From NCBI RefSeq assembly GCF_009914755.1, contig NC_060948.1: 64,000 nt of DNA; one strand, 5' to 3'. Both the position numbers and the translations under genes were made by a program. This stretch comes from the human T2T-CHM13v2.0 reference genome, Homo sapiens. The notes under the pieces were generated by a model. It was not told the origin of the DNA and did no database searches. It was given only the letters and a program-made list of their open reading frames with translations. This document shows, one piece after another, positions 1 through 11,206 of this stretch; the first letter of the stretch is position 1; each line of letters begins with the position of its first letter.

Positions 1-612
1 TTCAGTTCGATTCCATTCCATTCGTTTCAATTCCATTCCATTCCAGCCCATTCCATTCCATTCCATTCCTTTCCTTTCCGTTTCATTAGATTCCATTGCA
101 TTCGATTCCATTCAATTCAATTCCGTGCTATTCAATTTGATTCATTTCCATTTAATTCCATTGCATTAGATTCCATTCCGTTCGATTCCATTCCTTTCGA
201 ATCCATTCCATTGGAGTCCATTCACTTCCAGAACATTCCCTTCCAGTCGAATCCATTCGAGTAGATTCCATTAATGTTCATTACATTCTACTACATTCCA
301 TTCCATTGCATTCCATTCCATTCCGTTCGATGCCATTCGATTCCACTCCATGCCAAATCATTGCATTCCTTTCCACTCCGTTCCTATCAATTCAATTCCA
401 TTCGATTTAGTTCGATTCTATTCACTTCCATTCCATCCGATTCCATTCCATTGGAGTCAATTCCTTTCGACACCCAGCCTTTCCAGTCAATGATTTTGGA
501 TTCCATTTTTTTGCATTCCATTACATTCTATGACATTCGATTCCGTTTCATTGCATTCCATTCCATACATTTTTATTCCATTCGAGACCGTAGCATTCTG
601 CTTTATTCCAGG
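1..612 (+). repeat. Partial DYZ1 unit (3' end), subtype A
   Basis: Matches the ends of U3-U7 (GAGTAGATTCCATTAATG); ends at GG^CC 611-614. Confidence 0.9.
225..239. promoter_or_regulatory. Perfect three-unit heat-shock element motif (HSE-1), representative; one per unit
   Basis: cTTCc-aGAAc-aTTCc fits nTTCnnGAAnnTTCn. Motif match only; binding not shown. Confidence 0.55.
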
Positions 613-3600
613 CCTGTCCATTGCACTACATTCCCTTCCATTCCAATGAATTCCATTCCATTCCAATCCATTCCTTTCCTTTCGCTTGTATTCCATTCTA
701 TTCTCTTCTACTGCATACAATTTCACTCCATTCGTTCCCATTCCATTCAATTCCATTCCATTCAATTCCATTCCATTTGTTTCCATTCTCTTCGATTCCA
801 TTTCTTTATATTCCATGCCATTCGATTCCATTCTATTGGATTGCATTACATTCGTATTCACTCCATTCCAGACCATTCCATTTGACTCCATTCCTTTCGA
901 GCCCTTTCAACTTAAGTCCATTCCTTTCCAGTCCATTTCACTCCAGTCCATTACTGTCCATTCCATACCATTCCATCCCATTCCATTCCATTCCATTGCA
1001 TTCCATTCCATTCCGTTCCATTGCACTGTACTCCATTCCATTACATTCTACTCCATTTGAGTCGATTTTATTGCATTAGATTCTATTCCATTGGATTGCT
1101 TTCCATTCGATTACATTCCATTCATGTACATTCCATTCCAGTCAATTACATTCGAGTTCATTACATTACATTCCAGTATATTCCATTGTATTCGGTCCCA
1201 TTCCTTTCAATTCCATTTCATTAGACTCCATTATATTCGATTCCATTCCACTCGAATACATTCCATTAGAGGACATTCCATTCCAATGCATTCCATTCCA
1301 TTTCATAGCATTCCATCGCATTCGATTCCATTCCATTTGATGCCATTCCATGACATTCCATTCCATTCGAGTCCATTCCGTTCCAATTCATTCCATTCCG
1401 TTTCATGAAATTCGAGTCCTTTCCAGTACATTTCATTCCAATCACATCCAATCCAATCTACTCCATTCAATTCCTTTCCATTCCATTTGATTATTTTCCA
1501 TTGATTTGATTCCATTCAGTTTGATTCCATTCCGTGAAATTTCGTTCCATTCTATTCCATTGCATTACTTTCCATTCAATTCCATTCCATTTCATTTCAG
1601 TCCATTCGCTTACTTTCCTTTCGATTCAATTCCATTTGATTCCACTCCATTCTATGTGATTTCATTCCAATCGATTCAATTCCATTCGATGACATTCCTT
1701 TCGTTTCCATTCCATTCGAGTCCATTTAATTTGAGCATTCGTGTCCATTCTATTCGAGTCCATTCCATTACCGTCTATTCTACTCCCTTCCATTCCTGTT
1801 GATTCAATTTCATTCCCTTCCATTCGATTCCTTTCCATTCGATTCCATTCCTTTCCATTCCATTCCATTCGTTCCCATTCCATGTGATTTCATTCCATTC
1901 CAGTCCATTATATTCGAGTCCACTCCACTCCATTCTATTACATTCAATTCCTTTTGAGTCCGTTCCATAACACTCCATTCATTTCGAATCCATTTCTTGC
2001 CAGTTTTCTTCCATTTTATTCCATTCCGTTCGATTCCATTCCATTCGATTGCATTCCATTCGATTGCATTCCATTCGAATCCTTTCCATTCCATTTCATT
2101 CCATTCCTTTCTATTCCATTCCATTTCATTCGATTTGATTCCATTCTGTTCTATTCCATTCAATTCTTTTTCATTCCATTCGAATCCTTTCTATTGCAGT
2201 CCATTCCATTCGAGTCCATTCCAATCCCTTCCATTCCATTCCATTACAGTCCATTCCAATAGATTCCATTCCTTTGCCTTCCATTCGAATCCATTCCATT
2301 CTAGTCCATTCCATTTGAGTCAATTCCATTCCATTCCATTCTATTCCTTTCCAATCCATTCGATTCCATTCGATTCAATTCCATTTGATTCTCTTTCATT
2401 CTATTTTATTCCATGCCATTTCATTGCATTGCATTGCATTCCGTTTGATTCCAGTCCATTCAAGAAAGTTCCATTCCAGTCCATTGCTTACGAGTCCATT
2501 CCATTCCACTCTAGTCTATTCCACTCCATTCCTTTCCATTCCATTCCATACTATTCCATTCCATTCCTTTGCTTTCCGTTTCTAATCTATTCGAGTCCAT
2601 TGCATTCCAGTCCAATCCATTCGATTACATGCCTTTTGATTCCCTGCCAGTCGATTGCATTGCATACTAGACCATTCCAAACGAGTCCATTCCATTCTAT
2701 TTCAACAATTTCCATTCCACTCTGTTCGAGTCCATTCCATTCCAGTCCATTTAATTCAAGGGCATTCCATTCCATTCCATTCCATTTCATATTATTCCAT
2801 TCCATTCAATTCCATTCCAGATGATTCCATTCCATTCTATACCATTGCTCTCTGTTCCATTCCATTCCATCTGTCTCCATTCCTTTCGTTTCGATTCCTT
2901 TCCATTCCATTCCATTACATTTGATCCTATTTTATTAAATTGCATTCTATTCGAGTGATTTCCATTCGAGTCCTTTCCATTCGATTCCATTCCATTCTAT
3001 TCCATTCCTTTGGATTCCATTCCATTCCGTTCCGTTCACATCCATTCCTTGTGATTCCATTACATTCGATTTCTTGCCATTCGATTCCATTCCTTTTGAC
3101 TCCATTTCATTCGATTCCATTCCATTCCATTAATTTCCATTCCATTCGAGACCTTTACATTGCAGTCTTTTCCCTTCGAGTCCATTCCGTTCGATTCCCT
3201 TCCATTCGATTCCATTCCATTGGAGTCCGTACCAGTCGAGTCCATTCTATTCCAGTCCATTAGTGTCGACTCCATTGCATTCGAGTGCATTCCATTCCGT
3301 GGCTGTCCATTCCATTCCGTTTGATGCCATTCCATACGATTCCATTCAATTCGAGACCATTCTATTCCTGTCCATTCCTTGTGGTTCGATTCCATTTCAC
3401 TCTAGTCCATTCCATTCCATTGAATTCCATACGACTCTATTCCGTTCCATTCAATTCCATTCCTTTCGATTCCATTTTTTTGGAGAACTTTCCATTACAC
3501 TCCCTTCCATTCCAGTGCATTCCATTCCAGTCTCTTCAGTTCGATTCCATTCCATTCGTTTCGATTCCATTCCATTCCAGCCCATTCCATTCAATTCCAT

Positions 3601-4145
3601 TCCTTTCCTTTCCGTTTCATTAGATTCCATTGCATTCGATTCCATTCAATTCAATTCCGTGCTATTCAATTTGATTCATTTCCATTTAATTCCATTGCAT
3701 TAGATTCCATTCCGTTCGATTCCATTCCTTTCGAATCCATTCCATTGGAGTCCATTCACTTCCAGAACATTCCATTCCAGTCGAATCCATTCGAGTAGAT
3801 TCCATTAATGTTCATTACATTCTACTACATTCCATTCCATTGCATTCCATTCCATTCCGTTCGATGCCATTCGATTCCACTCCATGCCAAATCATTGCAT
3901 TCCTTTCCACTCCGTTCCTATCAATTCAATTCCATTCGATTTAGTTCGATTCTATTCACTTCCATTCCATCCGATTCCATTCCATTGGAGTCAATTCTTT
4001 CGACACCCAGCCTTTCCAGTCAATGATTTTGGATTCCATTTTTTTGCATTCCATTACATTCTATGACATTCGATTCCGTTTCATTGCATTCCATTCCATA
4101 CATTTTTATTCCATTCGAGACCGTAGCATTCCACTTTATTCCAGG
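613..4145 (+). repeat. DYZ1 unit U1, 3533 bp, subtype A
   Basis: Bounded by GGCC at 611 and 4144. A markers: CTTAAG 911, GTCGAC 3265, TTGGAGAAC. 1-bp deletion CAATTCTTTCGAC at ~3997. Confidence 0.9.
2458..2472. promoter_or_regulatory. Perfect three-unit heat-shock element motif (HSE-2), representative; one per unit except U15
   Basis: aTTCa-aGAAa-gTTCc. The variant TTCagGAAagTTC in U10/U12/U13 keeps the consensus; TTCaaTAAagTTC in U15 loses it. Confidence 0.55.
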
Positions 4146-4283
4146 CCTGTCCATTGCACTACATTCCCTTCCATTCCAATGAATTCCATTCCATTCCAAT
4201 CCATTCCTTTCCTTTCGCTTGTTTTCCATTCTATTCTCTTCTACTGCATACAATTTCACTCCATTCGTTCCCATTCCATTCAA
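4130..4283 (+). other. Classic DYZ1 sexing-PCR amplicon (Y1.1/Y1.2 primer sites), representative copy
   Basis: TCCACTTTATTCCAGGCCTGTCC at 4130-4152 and CCATTCGTTCCCATTCCATTCAA at 4261-4283 (154 bp), with internal EcoRI GAATTC at 4181. Primer identity is recalled from memory, not searched. Confidence 0.8.
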
Positions 4284-7200
4284 TTCCATTCCATTCAATT
4301 CCATTCCATTTGTTTCCTTTCTCTTCGATTCCATTTCTTTATATTCCATGCCATTCGATTCCATTCTATTGCATTGCATTACATTCGTATTCACTCCATT
4401 CCAGACCATTCCATTTGACTCCATTCCTTTCGAGCCCTTTCAACTTAAGTCCATTCCTTTCCAGTCCATTTCACTCCAGTCCATTACTGTCCATTCCATA
4501 CCATTCCATCCCATTCCATTCCATTCCATTCCATTCCATTGCATTCCATTCCATTCCGTTCCATTGCACTGTACTCCATTCCATTACATTCTACTCCATT
4601 TGAGTCGATTTTATTGCATTAGATTCTATTCCATTGGATTGCTTTCCATTCGATTACATTCCATTCATGTACATTCCATTCCAGTCAATTACATTCGAGT
4701 TCATTACATTACATTCCAGTATATTCCATTGTATTCGGACCCATTCCTTTCAATTCCATTTCATTAGACTCCATTATATTCGATTCCATTCCACTCGAAT
4801 ACATTCCATTAGAGGACATTCCATTCCAATGCATTCCATTCCATTTCATAGCATTCCATCGCATTCGATTCCATTCCATTTGATGCCATTCCATGACATT
4901 CCATTCCATTCGAGTCCATTCCGTTCCAATTCATTCCATTCCGTTTCATGAAATTCGAGTCCTTTCCAGTACATTTCATTCCAATCACATCCAATCCAAT
5001 CTACTCCATTCAATTCCTTTCCATTCCATTTGATTATTTTCCATTGATTTGATTCCATTCAGTTTGATTCCATTCCGTGAAATTTCGTTCCATTCTATTC
5101 CATTGCATTACTTTCCATTCAATTCCATTCCATTTCATTTCAGTCCATTCGCTTCCTTTCCTTTCGATTCAATTCCATTTGATTCCACTCCATTCTATGC
5201 GATTTCATTCCAATCGATTCAATTCCATTCGATGACATTCCTTTCGTTTCGATTCCATTCGATTCCATTCAATTTGAGCATTCGTGTCCATTCTATTCGA
5301 GTCCATTCCATTACCGTCTATTCTATTCCCTTCCATTCCTGTTGATTCAATTTCATTCCCTTCCATTCGATTCCTTTCCATTCGATTCCATTCCTTTCCA
5401 TTCCATTCCATTCGTTCCCATTCCATGTGATTTCATTCCATTCCAGTCCATTATATTCGAGTCCACTCCACTCCATTCTATTACATTCAATTCCTTTTGA
5501 GTCCGTTCCATAACACTCCATTCATTTCGATTCCATTTCTTGCCAGTTTTCTTCCATTTTATTCCATTCCGTTCGATTCCATTCCTTTCGATTGCATTCC
5601 ATTCGATTGCATTCCATTCGAATCCTTTCCATTCCATTTCATTCCATTCCTTTCTATTCCATTCCATTTCATTCGATTTGATTCCATTCTGTTCTATTCC
5701 ATTCAATTCTTTTTCATTCCATTCGAATCCTTTCTATTGCAGTCCATTCCATTCAAGTCCATTCCAATCCCTTCCATTCCATTCCATTACAGTCCATTCC
5801 AATAGATTCCATTCCTTTGCCTTCCATTCGAATCCATTCCATTCTTGTCCATTCCATTTGAGTCAATTCCATTCTATTCCTTTCCAATCCATTCGATTCC
5901 ATTTGATTCAATTCCATTTGATTCTCTTTCATTCTATTTTATTCCATGCCACTTGATTGCATTGCATTCCATTCCGTTTGATTCCAGTCCATTCAAGAAA
6001 GTTCCATTCCAGTCCATTGCTTTCCAGTCCATTCCATTCCACTCTAGTCTATTCCACTCCATTCCTTTCCATTCCATTCCATAATATTCCATTCCATTCC
6101 TTTGCTTTCCGTTTCCAATCTATTCGAGTCCATTGCATTCCAGTCCAATCCATTCGATTACATTCTTTTGATTCCCTGCCAGTCGATTGCATTGCATACT
6201 AGACCATTCCAAACGAGTCCATTCCATTCTATTTCAACACTTTCCATTCCACTCTGTTCGAGTCCATTCCATTCCAGTCCATTTAATTCAAGGGCATTCC
6301 ATTCCATTCCATTCCATTTCCTGTTATTCCATTCCATTCAATTCCATTCCAGATGATTCCATTCCATTCTATACCTTTGCTCTCTGTTCCATTCCATTCC
6401 ATCTGTCTCCATTCCTTTCGTTTCGATTCCTTTCCATTCCATTCCATTACATTTGATCCTATTTTATTAAATTGCATTCTATTCGAGTGCTTTCCATTCG
6501 AGTCCTTTCCATTCGATTCCATTCCATTCTATTCCATTCTTTTGGATTCCATTCCGTTCCGTTCCGTTCACATCAATTCCTTGCGATTCCATTACATTCG
6601 ATTTCTTGCCATTCGATTCCATTCCTTTTGACTCCATTTCATTCGATTCCATTCCATTCCATTAATTTCCATTCCATTCGAGACCTTTCCATTGCAGTCT
6701 TTTCCCTTCGAGTCCATTCCGTTCGATTCCCTTCCATTCGATTCCATTCCATTGGAGTCCGTACCAGTCGAGTCCATTCTGTTCCAGTCCATTAGTTTCG
6801 ACTCCATTGCATTCGAGTGCATTCCATTCCGTGGCTGTCCATTCCATTTCGTTTGATGCCATTCCATAAGATTCCATTAAATTCGAGACCATTCTATTCC
6901 TGTCCATTCCTTGTGGTTCGATTCCATTTCACTCTAGTCCATTCCATTCCATTGAATTCCATTCGACTCTATTCCGTTCCATTCAATTCCATTCCTTTCG
7001 ATTCCCTTTTTTTCGAGAACCTTCCATTACACTCCCTTCCATTCCAGTGCATTCCATTCCAGTCTCTTCAGTTCGATTCCATTCCATTCGTTTCGATTCC
7101 ATTCCATTCCAGCCCATTCCATTCCATTCCATTCCTTTCCTTTCCGTTTCATTAGATTCCATTGCATTCGATTCCATTCAATTCATTTCCGTTCTATTCA

Positions 7201-7663
7201 ATTTGATTCATTTCCATTTAATTCCATTCCATTAGATTCCATTCCTTTCGAATCCATTCCATTGGAGTCCATTCACTTCCAGAACATTCCATTCCAGTCG
7301 AATCCATTCGAGTACATTCCATTAAAGTTCATTACATTCTAATACATTCCATTCCATTGCATTCCATTCCATTCCATTCGATGCCATTCGATTCCATTCC
7401 ATGCCAAATCATTGCATTCCTTTCCATTCCGTTCCTATCCATTCCATTCCATTCGATTTAGTTCGATGCTATTCACTTCCATTCCATTCGATTCCATTCC
7501 ATTGGAGTCAATTCCTTTCGACACCCAGCCTTTCCAGTCAATGATTTTGGATTCCATTTTTTTGCATTCCATTACATTCTATGACATTCGATTCCATTTC
7601 ATTGCATTCCGTTCCATACATTTTTATTCCATTCGAGACCGTAGCATTCCACTTTATTCCAGG
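4146..7663 (+). repeat. DYZ1 unit U2, 3518 bp, A/B chimera
   Basis: GGCC at 4144 and 7662. A markers up to ~5040, B markers from ~5155. 15-bp deletion near 7240. Confidence 0.88.
7011..7025. promoter_or_regulatory. Perfect three-unit heat-shock element motif (HSE-3), subtype-B specific, representative
   Basis: tTTCg-aGAAc-cTTCc in U2 and U8-U18; TTGgaGAAc(c/t)TTC in A-type ends (U1, U3-U7). Confidence 0.55.
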
Positions 7664-10600
7664 CCTGTCCATTACACTACATTCCCTTCCATTCCAATGA
7701 ATTCCATTCCATTCCAATCCATTCCTTTCCTTTCGCTTGCATTCCATTCTATTCTCTTCTACTGCATACAATTTCACTCCATTCGTTCCCATTCCATTCA
7801 ATTCCATTCCATTCAATTCCATTCCATTTGTTTCCATTCTCTTCAATTCCATTTCTTTATATTCCATGCCATTCGATTCCATTCTATTGGATTGCATTAC
7901 ATTCGTGTTCATTCCATTCCAGACCATTCCATTTGACTCCATTCCTTTCGAGCCCTTTCAATTTGAGTCCATTCTTTTCCAGTCCATTTCTCTCCAGTCC
8001 ATTACTATCCATTCCATACCATTCCATCCCATTCCATTCCATTCCATTCAATTCCATTGCATTCCATTCCATTCCATTCCTTTGCACTGCACTCCATTCC
8101 ATTACATTCTACTCTCTTTGAGTCGATTTTATTGCTTTAGATTCTATTCCATTGGATTACTATCCATTCGATTACATTCCATTCATGTACATTCCATTCC
8201 AGTCAATTACATTCGTGTTCATTACATTACATTCCAGTATATTCCATTTTATTCGGTCCCATTCCTTTCAATTCCATTTCATTCGACTCCATCATATTCC
8301 ATTCCATTCCACTCGAATCCATTCCATTAGAGGACATTCCATTCCAATGCATTCCATTCCATTCCATAGCATTCCATTGCATTCGATTCCATTCCATTTG
8401 ATGCCATTCCATTTGATGCCATTCCATGACATTCCATTCCATTCGAGTCCATTCCATTCCAATTCATTCCATTCCGTTTCATGAAATGCGAGTCCTTTCC
8501 ATTCCATTTCATTCCAATCCCATCCAATCCAATCTACTCCATTCAATTCCTTTCCATTCCATTTGATTATATTCCATTGATTTGATTCCATTCAGTTTGA
8601 TTCCATTCCGTGAAATTTCGTTCCATTCTATTCCATTGCATTACTTTCCATTCAATTCCATTCCATTTCATTTCAGTCCATTTGCTTCCTTTCCTTTCGA
8701 TTCAATTCCATTTGATTCCACTCCATTCTATGCGATTTCATTCCAATCGATTCAATTCCATTCGTTGACATTCCTTTCGTTTCCATTCCATTCGAGTCCA
8801 TTCAATTTGAGCATTCGTGTCCATTCTATTCGAGTCCATTCCATTACCGTCTATTCTATTCCCTTGCATTCCTGTTGATTCAATTTCATTCCCTTCCATT
8901 CGATTCCTTTCCATTCGATTCCATTCCTTTCCATTCCATTCCATTCGTTCCCATTCCATGTGATTTCATTCCATTCCTGTCCATTATATTCGAGTCCACT
9001 CCACTCCATTCTATTACATTCAATTCCTTTTGAGTCCGTTCCATAACACTCCATTCATTTCGATTCCATTTCTTGCCAGTTTGCTTCCATTTTATTCCGT
9101 TCCGTTCGATTCCATTCCATTCCATTGCATTCCATTCGAATCCTTTCCATTCCATTTCATTCCATTCCTTTCTATTCCATTCCATTTCATTTGATTTGAT
9201 TCCATTCTGTTCTATTCCATTCAATTCTTTTTCATTCCATTCGAATCCTTTCTATTGCAGTCCATTCCATTCGAGTCCATTCCAATCCCTTCCATTCCAT
9301 TCCATTACAGTCCATTCCAATAGATTCCATTCCTTTGCATTCCATTCGAATCCATTCCATTCTAGTCCATTCCATTTGAGTCAATTCCATTCCATTCCAT
9401 TCTATTCCTTTCCAATCCATTCGATTCCATTCGATTCAATTCCATTTGATTCTCTTTCATTCATTTTATTCCATGCCATTTGATTGCATTGCATTCCATT
9501 CCGTTTGATTCCAGTCCATTCAAGAAAGTTCCATTCCAGTCCATTGCTTTCCAGTCCATTCCATTCCACTCTAGTCTATTCCACTCCATTCCTTTCCATT
9601 CCATTCCATAATATTCCATTCCATTCCTTTGCTTTCCGTTTCCAATCTATTCGAGTCCATTGCATTCCAGTCCAATCCATTCGATTACATTCCTTTTGAT
9701 TCCCTGCCAGTCGATTGCATTGCATACTAGACCATTCCAAACGAGTCCATTCCATTCTATTTCAACACTTTCCATTCCACTCTGTTCGAGTCCATTCCAT
9801 TCCAGTCCATTTAATTCAAGGGCATTCCATTCCATTCCATTCCATTTCATATTATTCCATTCCATTCAATTCCATTCCAGATGATTCCATTCCATTCTAT
9901 ACCATTGCTCTCTGTTCCATTCCATTCCATCTGTCTCCATTCCTTTCGTTTCGATTCCTTTCCATTCCATTCCATTACATTTGATCCTATTTTATTAAAT
10001 TGCATTCTATTCGAGTGATTTCCATTCGAGTCCTTTCCATTCGATTCCATTCCATTCTATTCCATTCCTTTGGATTCCATTCCATTCCGTTCCGTTCACA
10101 TCCATTCCTTGTGATTCCATTACATTCGATTTCTTGCCATTCGATTCCATTCCTTTTGACTCCATTTCATTCGATTCCATTCCATTCCATTAATTTCCAT
10201 TCCATTCGTGACCTTTACATTGCAGTCTTTTCCCTTCGAGTCCATTCCGTTCGATTCCCTTCCATTCGATTCCATTCCATTGGAGTCCGTACCAGTCGAG
10301 TCCATTCTATTCCAGTCCATTAGTGTCGACTCCATTGCATTCGAGTGCATTCCATTCCGTGGCTGTCCATTCCATTCCGTTTGATGCCATTCCATACGAT
10401 TCCATTCAATTCGAGACCATTCTATTCCTGTCCATTCCGTGTGGTTCGATTCCATTTCACTATAGTCCATTCCATTCCATTGAATTCCATACGACTCTAT
10501 TCCGTTCCATTCAATTCCATTCCTTTCGATTCCATTTTTTTGGAGAACCTTCCATTACACTCCCTTCCATTCCAGTGCATTCCATTCCAGTCTCTTCAGT

Positions 10601-11206
10601 TCGATTCCATTCCATTCGTTTCTATTCCATTCCATTCCAGCCCATTCCATTCCATTCCATTCCTTTCCTTTCCGTTTCATTAGATTCCATTGCATTCGAT
10701 TCCATTCAATTCAATTCCGTGCTATTCAATTTGATTCATTTCCATTTAATTCCATTGCATTAGATTCCATTCCGTTCGATTCCATTCCTTTCGAATCCAT
10801 TCCATTGGAGTCCATTCACTTCCAGAACATTCCATTCCAGTCGAATCCATTCGAGTAGATTCCATTAATGTTCATTACATTCTACTACATTCCATTCCAT
10901 TGCATTCCATTCCATTCCGTTCGATGCCATTCGATTCCACTCCATGCCAAATCATTGCATTCCTTTCCACTCCGTTCCTATCAATTCAATTCCATTCGAT
11001 TTAGTTCGATTCTATTCACTTCCATTCCATCCGATTCCATTCCATTGGAGTCAATTCCTTTCGACACCCAGCCTTTCCAGTCAATGATTTTGGATTCCAT
11101 TTTTTTGCATTCCATTACATTCTATGACATTCGATTCCGTTTCATTGCATTCCATTCCATACATTTTTATTCCATTCGAGACCGTAGCATTCCACTTTAT
11201 TCCAGG
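7664..11206 (+). repeat. DYZ1 unit U3, 3543 bp, B-like variant 5' part / A 3' part
   Basis: GGCC at 7662 and 11205. CAATTTGAG and CGTGTTC plus private variants (ATGAAATGCG) in the 5' part; GTCGAC 10325 and TTGGAGAAC in the 3' part. Confidence 0.88.

Noticed and set aside
495-512. T-runs (CCATTTTTTTG; also CCCTTTTTTTCG) as possible terminators
   Set aside because: No upstream hairpin or Pol III gene. They are in-register pentamer variants present in every unit.
1400-1546. Additional HSE-like sites TTCatGAAatTCG and TCCgtGAAatTTC
   Set aside because: Only two of three units match the consensus, so they were not counted as perfect HSEs.
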